DNA from: Lophium mytilinum
Lineage: Eukaryota
DNA: 64,000 nt
Reading direction: 5' to 3'
NCBI GenBank assembly: GCA_010093605.1
Contig: MU004196.1
Span: 456,606 to 520,605, forward strand
Both the position numbers and the translations under genes were made by a program. Numbering within the stretch: position 1 is the first letter of the stretch; the number at the start of each line of letters is the position of its first letter. Positions 48,795-61,197 of the stretch are shown piece after piece. The notes beneath the pieces were generated by a model. That model was not told the origin of the DNA, did not search any database, and was given only the letters and a program-made list of their open reading frames with translations.

Positions 48795-49727
48795 TCATTC
48801 GTCCGCATCTTGAAACCTGGCATCATCCAGCTCCACTCCTTCCTCCAAATCCCCCTTGCCATTCTTCACGCTGTCTTCAGCAGTCTTCTCAGACACCCCC
48901 AACTCCCGAATCAGCCCTCTCAATCTCCCAATCGCATCTTCGACACTCGTCTCAAACTCCCGGCTGCTTCCCTTATGCTCCCATCCCTGAGTCAGTGGCA
49001 ATCCATCCTTCATTCTAGTTTCCTGATAACTCTGCGTGTCCTTCACGATATGCGGCGGTTCTCGTTCACATGTAAAGCTCTGGAAGCGATGGTTGAAGTC
49101 ACGCAACCCCTCCGCAGCCGTGACGAACTTGAGGAGGACAGCATTGAAAATGGCCTTCAGCTCCGACAATCCGGCATCGTGATGGTGGGCAGGCGCGGAA
49201 CCGCTCTCGTGCTTGGATTTGTCGATATAGGGGCATTCCGAGACGGGCGCCGATTGGGATCTCTCGGCATCGTCGACTTCGTCGCCCTCGTGAGGGTCTT
49301 GCTCCTCATCTACGGTTTCTTCCGCCTCTTTCTCCCCCTGCTCTTCACCATCTCTTCCAGTCTCGACATCGTCTCCTCTTTCCACAACAACGTCATCTCT
49401 TTCGACATCGTCTCCTCTTTCGACATCTTCTCTTTCGACATCATCTTCCTTTCCGCCTTCCTCAGCAACATCCCCTCTATCCTCCAGCAGAGTCTCCCCA
49501 TCCCCGTCCCTGTCCTCACTACCCCCCACCTTATCCGCAACAACTCCCCCATGCCTAACCAAAAACCTCTTAACCTCATCCTCCTTCCTCCTCCTCTCCG
49601 CATCCTTATGCTCCGCTACTAGCAGTGCCAGTTCCTTGTTCGGTAAAGTAGCCCAAGGGGTTTCGGGAAGTAGCAAACGCCATTCCGCCAGTTCGTCGGC
49701 GGAGACGAGGGAGTTTGAGAAGCGCAT
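48795..49727 (-). CDS. Hypothetical acidic protein with DDVER repeats
   Basis: ~310-aa open frame from MRFSNSLV; 18-bp repeats encoding (G/D)DDVER; no recognised domain. Confidence 0.55.
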   Translation of the reverse strand: MRFSNSLVSADELAEWRLLLPETPWATLPNKELALLVAEHKDAERRRKEDEVKRFLVRHGGVVADKVGGSEDRDGDGETLLEDRGDVAEEGGKEDDVEREDVERGDDVERDDVVVERGDDVETGRDGEEQGEKEAEETVDEEQDPHEGDEVDDAERSQSAPVSECPYIDKSKHESGSAPAHHHDAGLSELKAIFNAVLLKFVTAAEGLRDFNHRFQSFTCEREPPHIVKDTQSYQETRMKDGLPLTQGWEHKGSSREFETSVEDAIGRLRGLIRELGVSEKTAEDSVKNGKGDLEEGVELDDARFQDADE

Positions 49728-50002
49728 GATGGATGATGTGTTGGAAGAAAGATGGCAGAAGCAAGGATACAAGAAGAACTTAGAACGGTGGGATAGGTGG
49801 GATATGTGAGAAAGCAATGCTTGCTATAGTGTCGGAGGGGAAGTTTGGTAAGTTTCAGTGAGATTGTGAGCAGGCGCGTGACGAAGGGTGAGAAGGGGGA
49901 TGTGCTCAAACACCATCTTTTTAAAAGCGTCGTGCTTTAACGTCGAAGTAGGGAGCTTCTCGCATACCAGCTAAGACTGTCTCACGCAACTACCACCCCC
50001 TC

Positions 50003-51811
50003 CTACCGCACAACCTCCTCCCTAACCTCAACCCCCTTCCCATCTCCCTCCTCTTCCTCCCCCTCCCCATCCAACTTCCCCACCGGAATCCTCCCCCCAT
50101 CAAACACCTCCGCAATCTCCTCCAAACTCCTCCCATTCGTCTCCGGAAACAAAAACCACACCAACCCCCAAAACACCGCCAACAGCACACAAAACACGAT
50201 ATAATACCTCCACCCAATCTTCGTCAACGCAATCGGATTCACAAACTGGCTAATAATCAACGCGACCTGATTCGTCGCAATACTCACCGTGACCCCTCTC
50301 CCCCTCAGCGTGTACGGGAAAATCTCAATCGGGTACGCGAGCAGCATGGGCGAGAAGCTTCCGTCGTAGAAGAGCTTGTATAGGAAGATAAACGCGAGCA
50401 CGGAGCGGCCGACAGCCGCGTCGTGGGAGTGCGCGAAGGAGGCGGAGAGCGCGGTCCACGCGATGTAGGAGCACAGCATGCCGGCGATGGCGACGAGCCA
50501 CAGCGGGCGGCGGCCGATGCGGTCGATGAGCAGCGCGCTGGTGATCGAGACGACGAGGTTGAAGACTTGGGTCAGGCCGTTGATGAGCACTTGGCTGGAT
50601 GTGTCGGTAATGCCGATAGTGTCGAGTACAAGCGTTAGATAGTAGGCTATGATAGCTATCCCACTCCAGGTGCCGTAGAAGCCGACGATCATGGCGATGA
50701 GCGTGCGGCGGCGGTTTGGGGCTGTGCGGAAGAGGTCGAGGTAGCTGGTTTCCGATGTCACGGTTTGCTCGGTTTGGATGGAGCCTTCCATCTCGGCGAG
50801 CTCGAAGGCGACGAGAGGGGAGGCGGTGTCGCCGCCGGCGTGGTATTTGGAGAGGATGGCGTGGGCTTCGGCGTGGCGGCCTTTGGCAATGAGCCAGCTT
50901 GAGTGGGTCAGTTGAGTTGGACGAAATTGCATAGCACTCGAGGGAGACCTACCGAGGAGATTCAGGGACGAAGTAGAGGAACAGGAGTTGGATGACCGGG
51001 AGGGCACCTTGGATGTACGAGGGGATGCGCCAGGAGTACTGGGTGTGCAGGTGAGATGTGCCGTAAGTGCCCCAAGCTGCGATGATGCCACCAACATACT
51101 TGCTCATAGGTCAGCTCCTCTCCTTGTCTCCATCATAGCTCCAATATATGAGAAACTCACATAAGTACTGTAGTAGATAGCCGTGATCCTGCCTCTATGC
51201 AGCGGATAGGCTAGCTCGGCAATCAAAATCGGACTGGGCTGTGCCACGAATGCAGTCCCAAAGCCCAAGATCAACCGTGCGATGATAAACATCGCTACGT
51301 TCTTTGCACCGCCCTGAAGACCCGCACCAAGAATGAGTAATAGGAAGCCGATGTACATTGGCAATTTGCGGCCATAACGATCACCCGTCCATGCGGTCAA
51401 GAACACACCGAAGAACTTGCCGATAGGGTAGACGGCGTTCATAGTGCCAAGAATCGAAGCTGTCGGGTGCTTGAAGTAGGCGCGCCAGATTGGGAGGGAC
51501 TGGAGACCGTTCATCATAGAGCCTGGATGTACGTGAGCAGGCGTATGGAGCCAGAGAAGAGGGACTGTGTACCATCATAGCCGATGCTGGCTGTTGAAAA
51601 GAGTGGAACCATAAGTACGAGGTTTAGCATCAACAGATGCCTCGTGAGGTACCATGGTTTGGGGTCTTGTGGTAGAAGCTTGATGCGGTCAAACTTTGGT
51701 CTGGTTTCCGAGAATATATATCAACTGCGACTAAACAGGCAAACTTACAGCTGCCAACTCGGGACCAACCGCGAGCTTCTTAGCTTTGTTACCAGAGGTA
51801 ATGAGGCCCAT
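50003..51811 (-). CDS. MFS sugar porter (lactose permease/cellodextrin transporter-like), multi-exon
   Basis: SIGYDG|SMMNGLQSL, GDRYGRK, LIAELAYPLHRG, WRIPS, VPESPR|WL, IDRIGRRPL, YPIEIFPYTLRGRG, FPETNGRSLEEI. Confidence 0.92.
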
Positions 51812-52543
51812 CGTATCTTGCGTCTTCCAGCTCTCAAATCCTTTTTGGCAAACAGATGGCCGTATCACGTGATATCGATACTGATTCAGAGTGCTGATTC
51901 CCGAAACACCCAAAAGCTTGATGCTTGAAGCGGCGAATCCCCGACTTATAACATCCCAACTTCTTGGTTAAGGTTACCCCGCGCGTGGAGCAGTGTCCAC
52001 TCCGATCACCAAACCTTAGGTCTTGGTGGTGCGACAGATCCACGGTTTCCGGGATTCCGGCGATTCCGTGGATATCGGCATCTTAAACATCGCATAAACA
52101 GAGCTAGAGAACCTCTCCCGCAACATGGCGTTGCATAGTTGAGTACCAAGAACTCAAAAGTGGGATTGCGAGTCAGAAGTCGGGTGATTTATTGGGCGAA
52201 GGAATGAGGGATTTTCTTGTGGCTGTCTCTCAGAGGTCATACAAACGCACTGTCGATCCACCCCGCAAAGCTTAATAGAATGAGATTGGAATTGTAGACA
52301 CAGATGCGTCTAGGCTGGTATGGGAATCAGACAATGAATGAGTAGAGAGAGAAAGAGAGCATACTTCAACCAAAACTTAAGAGTTCATACTATATCGACC
52401 GATTGATACGCAGCTGATGATTAGTTCACGAGGGGAAACCAGAACAGTGTCATAATCCAAAGTGAACGAACAGGATAATTTTATAACAGGGTATTTGTAA
52501 GAGGGTGGAAAGAAGGCTCAGGTGTATAGTCCGTACTCACTAT

Positions 52544-54604
52544 TCATCCTTTCTTCAAGTCTTGTACCCACCCCAGCCTCTCCCTCCGCTCATCACAGAC
52601 TCTGGCGTACTCCAACAAGAGCCTAAAAACATAGATCTGCATGTCCTCTCTCCGGAGTACCTTCTCCGCCCATTCCTGCCCCGCGAGCGCAATTTTCTTC
52701 GCCGCCGCATCGTGGCCGTTCTTCTTGCTTTGCGCTATCGGCGGGCGGCGCTTTTCCGACTTTTTCTTCTCCTCCCCGTTTCCATTACCCTCCCCACCCT
52801 CACTAGACCCTGACACCTTCGGCTCCGGCGCGCCTGATGGAGTGGGTCCTTCGGGCCTCGACAGATCTGGCTCTTCCCCTAGGAAGTATTGTACTATCCC
52901 ATAGAAGTCGACGAAGGTGTTGTCCATTGGTACGAAATGCACCCATGGCATGAGGCGGTTATCATGCCACTCTGCATACGCTGTTGCTTTGATGGGCAAG
53001 CTTGAGCTCCGTAAGAAGCCTCTGTATCGCCCGCTAAAGCTGTTCCCATCGATATCTGGTAGATACTTATACTCATACATATCGGCCATTGGAATGCGCT
53101 CTGTCACGGCGTAGAACTCGCGATCGTAGTCAGCATCTTCCGGGTAACACAGAAGGTCGAAGAAACTCGCATCAGTGAGGTCCGACATGTACGAGCCCAG
53201 GGTGCCGGACGTTTGATGGTGTAAATTATAGGGGTTCGACGGGATCAGGCGCATATTCCCACCCGGTCCGATACCCGCCACGTTATCGGTGAGTTGGCCG
53301 AGGGTTAGTTCTGCAGCGGCAACCTGGGAGCCGTTGAGCATGGACACGAAGCGGTGCCGTTGGAAGCGCTTCCACGTCTCATTTCTATTACGGCCGCCGC
53401 TTGCAGCACCGCGCCACATGATAGAATTGTTCTTCGTTTCCCACTCTCCACCGTTTGAGTCACCGCCAGAGTAAAGTGGGTCGTCAGTCCAGTACATGGC
53501 AGCCGGGAGTAGAATCTCGTTGTTCATCGGGAGCTTAGAGCCACCGAATAGGGGAAAGAGCTTCTGCGAAGTTTTCATTGACACTGGCTCGACGAAACTG
53601 CCATGAAGGCCTTGGAGGTTCGGATGCTGACATGGGTCGGTAGCTTCCGTCCAGTTTTGAACGTAGCCACGATGTGACAATGCTGGGAATGTGAGAGGGA
53701 GGAGCTGGGCGGCCGCGTGCTCGGGCCGTGGATGTGGCTCCTTGGTCCAGATATCTTGAAACAATGGGGTGTTTCTCGCGGGTGAATCTGGAGGGCAGGC
53801 AGGTCGAACAAGTGACCAGTATGACCGTGGACCTTGGTTCGACGCTGGTGATGTTACTCGGGAGCCGAGCCATTGCCAATCGAATGTGGTGTTGTCGCGG
53901 AAGTGTTGCATGCCTTCGTATTCCTCTACGACAGCTTCGACGGGGAGCATGGTCTTGTGCGCGTCACTCATGTATTCGTTGATCGTCTCCCATGGGACCA
54001 GTAGCCTGCTCTCGTCCATAACATTGATCGGTATATCCATATCCGGTAGTGAGCTTGCTACCGTCCTTATTAGGTCCTCCCACAAATTCATCCACGCCCT
54101 ATCCTTGTCGGTTTTTTGACTTGTTGTGAAGTTCCTAACCATCACCATTTGCTCGGCGGCATGCGCCTGTCTGCGAATCCGTCGCGGATCAATCCCCCAA
54201 AACGGACCTAGGTCATCGTATATCCGGTCGAAGAAGTCCTCCACCAGAATCGCATCGCGGTCGGTCGCGAACTTGTACCAAGCATCGAAACCCGGAGGAG
54301 GATGACGGCCCCGCCGTGCCCTGTAGACTGATGCTGCTTCATTCAAGCTCTTAACTTGCCGCGCTAATGTGTCCTGGAATGTTTCCTCCGCTGAAGCAAT
54401 GAGCTTCTCGATCGGGTGTCCTGAGTTTTCGGGGGCGATGTGCGGGAAGGCGGGCTTCGAGATGGCGAAGTGGGAGGCTCCCCCGCCGAAGAACCATGTA
54501 AGTCCTGTGAGGGTGACAATGGCGGATGCGAGGGCGAGGAATTGGAGGAAGCGCCAGGACGATATCGCACGATGTGGAGACTTCGGATCTAAGGGTTGAG
54601 ACAT
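52544..54604 (-). CDS. Glycosyltransferase family 90 (CAP10/Cxt1-like)
   Basis: N-terminal TM; HPIEKLI, YRARRGRHPPPGFDAWY, LPDMDIPINVMDESR, WRGAASGG, YKYLPDIDGNSFSGRY, RLMPWVHFVPMD, LRREDMQIYVFRLLLEYAR. Confidence 0.93.
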   Translation of the reverse strand: MSQPLDPKSPHRAISSWRFLQFLALASAIVTLTGLTWFFGGGASHFAISKPAFPHIAPENSGHPIEKLIASAEETFQDTLARQVKSLNEAASVYRARRGRHPPPGFDAWYKFATDRDAILVEDFFDRIYDDLGPFWGIDPRRIRRQAHAAEQMVMVRNFTTSQKTDKDRAWMNLWEDLIRTVASSLPDMDIPINVMDESRLLVPWETINEYMSDAHKTMLPVEAVVEEYEGMQHFRDNTTFDWQWLGSRVTSPASNQGPRSYWSLVRPACPPDSPARNTPLFQDIWTKEPHPRPEHAAAQLLPLTFPALSHRGYVQNWTEATDPCQHPNLQGLHGSFVEPVSMKTSQKLFPLFGGSKLPMNNEILLPAAMYWTDDPLYSGGDSNGGEWETKNNSIMWRGAASGGRNRNETWKRFQRHRFVSMLNGSQVAAAELTLGQLTDNVAGIGPGGNMRLIPSNPYNLHHQTSGTLGSYMSDLTDASFFDLLCYPEDADYDREFYAVTERIPMADMYEYKYLPDIDGNSFSGRYRGFLRSSSLPIKATAYAEWHDNRLMPWVHFVPMDNTFVDFYGIVQYFLGEEPDLSRPEGPTPSGAPEPKVSGSSEGGEGNGNGEEKKKSEKRRPPIAQSKKNGHDAAAKKIALAGQEWAEKVLRREDMQIYVFRLLLEYARVCDERRERLGWVQDLKKG

Positions 54605-55098
54605 GCTAGGGGGAGGGTGAGCGCGCAGCACTCATCGGCTAGGCTTGGAGCAGGAAGCGCTACCGCTCTGTGCAAGAAGTGTAGGAGGATTGTTTGGGAT
54701 GTGTAGGATGTTTGTAGGAAGACCTTCAAGGCGCATCTCGAGGTGCAAAGAAGTAGCGCCAGCGTGTAATGTAGTCGCAGAACATTTTGCTGGAAGCCTC
54801 GAGGTCTTCGCGGCGAAGCTCTGCTTAAGCCCCCTGCCGAACTATAACTACCTGGGTAGCTATGCTCGTATATAATCTTGGCAATATACGAATCGGCTTG
54901 TATTGGGAGCTCTGCATGGAAATGATGAGGGCGTCTAGTTCAATTAAAATGTTGGTGTATTGAGTTGGTTCTACCCGTCTCAAGGATCTAGTTCTGGTTG
55001 ATCCAATGGTGAGCTAGCTAAATAAACACTATATCCATATCAGGTATTCTACCGCCTTCCCAAAATCATGGGAACCTCGCAGTCAGCAGCACAATATA

Positions 55099-56618
55099 TC
55101 AGTAGCCTTCTTCTGCACCCTCCATTTCCTCATCACCACCCTCCTCATACCCTTCCTCGTACTCCTCTCCTTCGCCTCCCTCTTCGTATTCTACACCTTC
55201 CTCGTACCCGTCCCCCTCATCGTCCTCTTCCTCAGAGCCGCTACCGTCACTCTCGCCTTCATTCCCCGGATCATAGTCTTCTTCCTCTTCATCCTCCTGG
55301 TCTTGCAACAGTCTCTCCGCTTTCTGTAACTCTGTCTCCCCATCCTCTCCGTCCTCCGCGTCGTCGACGCCATTCTCGGTTTTGATGGCAGGAGGATTGA
55401 CATTGAGTCGCTTAGCCTTCCTTTGCTCTGCCATGCTCGCGTCTTCTAGGCCGTGCTTCTTAATATACGAGTCGATGCCTGAGTAGTCCGCTTGATCCAA
55501 CATCGAGAACTCAAATTCCTGCGGCTTCGACTCATCATCCGCTACTACACCAATGTTCAGGTTGAATGTTCGTTGTAGGACTGAAGTATAGGAAACAGCG
55601 TTGATGCTGTCAAAGGAGAAATAGGCTATGGGTTTCTTGAACGCCCAGACGATGCCGACAGAGGTAAAGAAGAGAAATCCTGCATCATGATTAGCGATCC
55701 TGTAGCTCAAGATCCCACTTACACGTCAACATACCTTCTTTGCTCCCTCGGTGACCCTTCACATGAAATGCCTTCTCGCCCTTCCTGTGAGCCTGCACGA
55801 TCGCGCTCCCAAACTCCTTCTCGTCCGGAAATATCACCCTTTTGTTCACGCCTTCGCCCTTCAAACAGTCGTTTATAACGGCAGCGATAGGCGCAGGCCC
55901 CGGATCCACTCCCTCCTTAATCTCCTTCCCGACCGCGTCCGCAAATGTCCAGACAATCGAATCCGGTGTTGCCGTACCTTCAGGAACTGGGTTGACGCCC
56001 TCGCCATGTATAGGGATCACGACGAAGTTGTGTTGTCGTTTCGCCTTTTCTGGTAGTGGTAGGCAGAATATCTGCTCTGTGAATCAAAGTATCAGTCTTG
56101 TCGTCCATAGAAATCGTGTGAATGTCCTGAAGTGGGGGTTTAACGTACCAACATCCTTCCACGCAATCCCAAACTCTACATCCCCGGTCGCAGCATTAAT
56201 GCCTCGGATCCCCCCTTCTTTCACCCCGTTCCCCTTCTTCACCATCTCGAGTGTAAGCTTCTTCCGCTGCGGAATCGAGAAGCTGGTATCTGTCCCTCTC
56301 CATGCGGTTTGTGTCGCGGCATCGGCCCATGTCCCGGTAATGGATTTGGCCCCAGCGCCGTTCCCGTGCCCGTTCTCGAGTTTGCGTTTCTTGCCTGCGG
56401 GTTCGCCGTTGACGACGGAGGTTTGCGCGCCGGAGAATTTGAGAATGTAGGAAGAAATGTCGCGAAAGAGGGCGCTTTGGGCGGGATGTTCATCTGAGGG
56501 TATTGTTAGTAGGATTAATCCAGACGGCTGCCGCAGTAGACTTGCCTATGGCGTCATGAACTCGTTTTCGCAGCTGGGTATTGTTGGAGAACGCAAGGTC
56601 GATCTCGGGAGGGTGCAT
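55099..56618 (-). CDS. RTT106: Histone chaperone Rtt106
   Basis: SFSIPQRKKLTLE, CLPLPEKAKRQHNF, HVKGHRGSKE|GFLFF...FKKP...SYTSVLQRTFNL, FEFSMLDQADY..I..YI..HGL.DASMAE.R.AK, acidic tail EEEEDYDPG; first intron GC-AG 56494-56545. Confidence 0.9.
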
Positions 56619-57298
56619 AGTTGCTGGGAATATGAGTGCAGTGTTAGAGGTATGGGAGGGTGACGGTGGCTAGAAAAGTCGTGATGCTGCTTTGGTGTTG
56701 AGATCGGGGACGTGATGGACGCGATGGCGCTACCTAGTTTTAGCGCCAGGGGTTTTGACTCGCCGCGGGGATCTCGATTTGAAACACCACGCTCCTATCA
56801 CCAACTCTCATTTCGTCCGTTTTTAATCGTCAAACCTCGAATTGCGCCTGAAAACGTGCCAGAAAATTTGAGATTACTCCAAAATTGTCTTTTCCTTCAT
56901 TAGTCTTCAATACATGCGTGAACACGCAGACCAAGGCCATTTCATGGCGGCAGTGCTACTGTATATAATAACAACGGCATCTCGAAAACAGATATAAACA
57001 TCAAGCTAGTCTAGGATCATCTAAGATTTCTTTTATATTCACAGAATTACACGCCTAAACCTTCAATCTCTTTGCCTCTGTTAGGCTGGGTTGGACCTTT
57101 CTGTGGCCCTGATATCGATGTCAATCGACCATCATTTCTTTCCGCAGCTCAGTCTCAATCAGTCTGGACCACATTGGGACCAAAAGTATCACCAAATCCT
57201 CCCGAGCCCAGAAAGACTCCCTATGAAAGCGTGTTTCAAAACAGTTGGCCCAGCTCGGTACCAAGTAGCATGAAGGAGGACCTTCCCTCTACTAGTTC

Positions 57299-60140
57299 TC
57301 AGGGCTCCTTTTTGAACCCTTTGCAGTAGGTTATCAGGTAGTCGACGCCTGATAAGTCGTAGGGCGGCTTGTTGTATTGAGGGTCTCGATCGTACTCTTC
57401 CCAGCCCTGCAAGTATGATCTGACAACGCGGGACCACTCCCATACCGGAACAGCTTCCGGTTTGTCAACCCATACACTATTGAAGAATTCAAGGGCGGTT
57501 TTACCCTTATGAACCTCCAGGATAGGATTTGCGCCACGCTTCAGCAAGGTGTGAATTACTCTGAGTTGCTCATAGCGGTACACGGCGACCTTTTCTTCGC
57601 ATTGTAGCACAGTCTTTCCGTCCCGCTCGTCAAATTGATCGTGATCTTGTTTCAGGACTTTCCTTAGTATCCGTAAGAATACTTCTGGGGTAGTGAAATG
57701 ACTAGTTATATGCAGTGGTGTTCTCCCATCCAAGTATCCTTCTATGATTGCACCATGGTCAAACAACACATGAAGAGTCGCATCCAGACGGAGGTAACTT
57801 TCGGGGTATACTGCCATTAGCTGCGGCATCATGCTTTTTTTCACAGCGAGATGAAACGCCGAGTTTCCATCAAGTGTTTTCGCGTTGACCATCCTTTTGC
57901 ATTGGCCATTACTAGACTCTTGATCTAGTAATAATTTCAAGGTCACGGGATCGTGGCGCCACGCTGCTTCAAGAAAGTCAGCCCAGCTTCGAGCGCCCTC
58001 CTTGCGAAGTCTCGATTCGAATGCTTCCCACTCGCCTCGCGTGAATTTTCCACTATCCAGAACTTTCACCGAGATACTCGAATTCGAATAACGACTAGTG
58101 AGCACAATGTCAAGAGCTTCGATCGGTGGCATATGTCTCAATATAATCGTCATCGAATCTAGTTGATCAAGGCGACAAGCTGAAATCAACATAGCACTCA
58201 GATCCACACCGCTATCTAGCAGAAGATTGGGAAATCCTTGTCTAAGCGCACGGTCCAAATAACGAGGGCGGATGAATGGGCCCCGTTCCCGCCTTGCTAA
58301 AAGCTCGAATATGGCATGCGCCTCCGACTTAATTGCATGCTCAAGAGGCGTCATCTCGTCTCTCCTTTGGCGATTGATCTCTGCTTCTCGCATGTGTAAA
58401 ATGTTTGTAGCGTGAGTCTTCTTTTGGCTGATAGCGTAATGTATAGCTCTCTCTCTAGATACCGGGATTCTGAGATCGTCCCAACCTGACCACTTGGATG
58501 TAAAGCTGGATATGATATCGATTCTTGCTGCTAGGATTGCAATGCCAAAGCATTTAGCAACGCATTTTTCAGCTTCCTGGACTTGTTTGCTCCGCGCCAG
58601 GTGGAGTAGGATTTCTTGAACCATGTCATTCTTCTTTGCTAGAACAGCAATTTCGAGTGGGGTTTCCAAGCCTTATTCTCCTTAAGTAGAAGCTTAAAAA
58701 GAATCGTGCATTTTAGGATGGCCATATCACCGAACCGAGCAGCCTTGTGGATTGGATATTCTTCGTAGTCGTCAGGCCTATCGACGGGCGCGCCTCGTTC
58801 TAGACAGTCGGTGATCCCGGTCCTGTCGTTCAATTCAAAGCTTTTGAAAAGGTCATCCAGAAGACTCTTCTTCTGATCTTCGGACAAATTTCTTCGCAGG
58901 TCGTCGAACGGACGTAATAGTGAATCATCGACTAGAAGTTCGTCGGACGGGTGCAAGGCTAGCTTTTCGAATGGGTGCCGCTGATAAAATGACCACCGGG
59001 TTCTTCCTGCAGTCTTCCAGCCTCTATGACCAGTGCAAGCCTTTGCCACTTCTACGCGATGATCCTCTGCGTCGCGGCCATACAGTCGAAAGAAGGAGTA
59101 GAGAACGTGAAGGATGGCCGCGACAGCGACTATGAGCGAAGCGCTTTGGCCCCATTCGGTCCATAACTCGCGAAATGACTTCTTTACAGCTGAAATCATG
59201 AAGACGGCAGCCGCTTGAGGAATGATGAAAGAAACGAAGGCCCAATAGTTGGAGAACAAAGTTGCCGGTAAAAGGGCCCAGTTCTTCGCTTTCTGGGTAT
59301 GGAGACCGTCGGCGCGTGCATTTTCGAGCTCATTCAACGGTCTTATGAGGCGCCATATCGTCGGGGCTAGTACCAGGACCGAAACGATGCGGACCGCTAG
59401 ATACATCCACAAGAGCACATGAGGAAGGTGATTGAATGTCGGGTGCCACATGCGGGCCGTGCAACTGGCATGTTCGAAGTGGCCCAGATGTCGGAGGCCT
59501 ATGCCTTCGACAACAAGGCTGAGAAATTGTAGACCAAAACTGGCATAACCCAATTTTCGAGCGGCGAGAACATCTTTGTCTGACAATGCCATGGAGACAG
59601 ACGCACCGACTGCATCAATACTTGAGCAAGCAACCAGAACCTCTCCATAGTTCAGTATCGACACCGACTTCATAAGGTTGAAGCTGAGATAGCTTAGATC
59701 TAAGGCATGTTAGATTGGTAGGTATAGATTTGAACAAAGAACGTACTTGCAAGTTGAGCTATGCAAAGCTCTTTCGCACCAGATGTCTTCGCCTCGAAAT
59801 GACCGGACAATAGTACCAGTAAGAGACAGAGACATGATAGGAAAAGCCCGAGGAGGACACCAATCCCACCAATGTCTGGGTTAATCTGGAGCTCATTCTC
59901 TGAGCATTCAATTGTACTAGTCCGTCGCTGTATTGCTACGACAACGACTAGGGCTATGGATAGAACGACGGAAATCGCTGGAAGCCATTTGAGAGAACGT
60001 CGAAAATACCTACGAGCGGGCGCAATCCTCTGCCTGTCTTGGGCCGTCTGCCTGGCTCGGTACTCCAGTACTACGAGAAGTGCGGCGTATAAAACCGCGA
60101 CGATGAGAGCGACGAGTAGAACGCAATTTGACTTGTACAT
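57299..60140 (-). CDS. Multi-pass membrane protein with C-terminal ankyrin repeats (frameshift near 58670)
   Basis: INPDIGGIGVLLGLF and several TM segments; ankyrin motifs YPIHKAARFGD, ETPLEIAV, MTPLEHAI, GNSAFHLAV, GRTPLH, GKTALE; intron ~59697-59745; ORFs 58639-59673 and 57299-58669 overlap out of frame. Confidence 0.7.
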
Positions 60141-60639
60141 TGTGGTGTAGTGTACAAGAGTGACTCTGAGCAGAGATCAGCATCAGTTTGATGGTTTGAA
60201 CAGTGGAGCAGGCAGCCTTGTATGACGGCTGGAACAGGGAGGCTGAGGCCTTTTCATAGAGTGGTGTTTGCTTTTGGACCTCATCATGGCGGCAACTCAG
60301 GAGTCAAGTTATGATTGCCTGTCTTGCAACGAAATAGAGTTCTGACTGCCTCCATAGGAGCCGCTGGAGAGCTGCGTGTCAACAAAGAGTACGGGGCAGG
60401 GTATAAAGAATATATTACGGATCCATCTCTGGGTGTTGTACATGTAGTCTTTCATTCATCGTGCTGTCAAACATGGGATTAGTTGCGTTTTCACGGCATT
60501 ATGCAAAGCTGTACCTCCTAGCGCCGACGTATTATCCACACCACACACCATGCTCTAACACCAACACATTTTTATCAACGCTCACCACAAACCGATCTGT
60601 TTCAGCAAGCTCAAACTTTCCCCAAGACGTTCAGTCGTG

Positions 60640-61197
60640 GACAAGAGATGTGGTCATCTCCTTGAGAGGGAGATAGTTGACGAGTCGACATACCTGAGTC
60701 GGATCCGCGCGGTACTGACAAAAGAAGCATTTCGCTAAACGACCGATGGGGACATCGTATTGATTGCCAGGACTGACGCTCTGCAGAGCTTTGGTTATGA
60801 CATTGCTTTGGAGCGACTGAAGAAGAGCATTGAAATCGGCACACGTGGCCTTCCGTGAAGGCCCAACGAGCATCGAGCAGTGCCGGAAAGTATGCGAGGA
60901 TATTGCTTTAACTTCTGTGCTACTGAAAGTGGTACCGGGAGGCGTCACACCCACTTTGACGATTAGGCAGGCGAAGGCCGCAGGCTTCAAAGTCATGATG
61001 TATCCAGGATTGGCATTGACGGCTGTCTATCAGAATGTGACGGCTGCGTGTGCCGAGCTGAAGAACACGGGCACATTGCAGCTGAGTGAGAAACAGATCC
61101 GGGAAGGCGTCAAGGGGTGATTTAATGTCTGTGGACTGAAAGAATGCATGGATTTTGACCAGATGGCAGGAGGTAGTTTACTAAAAGGCGCCCAGTA
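60640..61197 (+). pseudogene. Isocitrate lyase/PEP mutase superfamily remnant (OAH/DMML-like)
   Basis: RCGHL...YLSRIRA, IVLIARTDALQSFGYD.A.ERL, VPGGVTP, AGFKVMMYP, G*FNVCGLKECMDFDQMAGG; 5' half missing, internal stops and a frameshift near 60840. Confidence 0.8.

Noticed and set aside
48729..49622. 297-aa plus-strand ORF
   Set aside because: Antisense shadow of the acidic repeat ORF on the minus strand.
49990..50300. Strongly G-poor plus-strand tract
   Set aside because: It is the coding 3' end of the sugar porter; similar end-of-gene skew occurs in other genes here.
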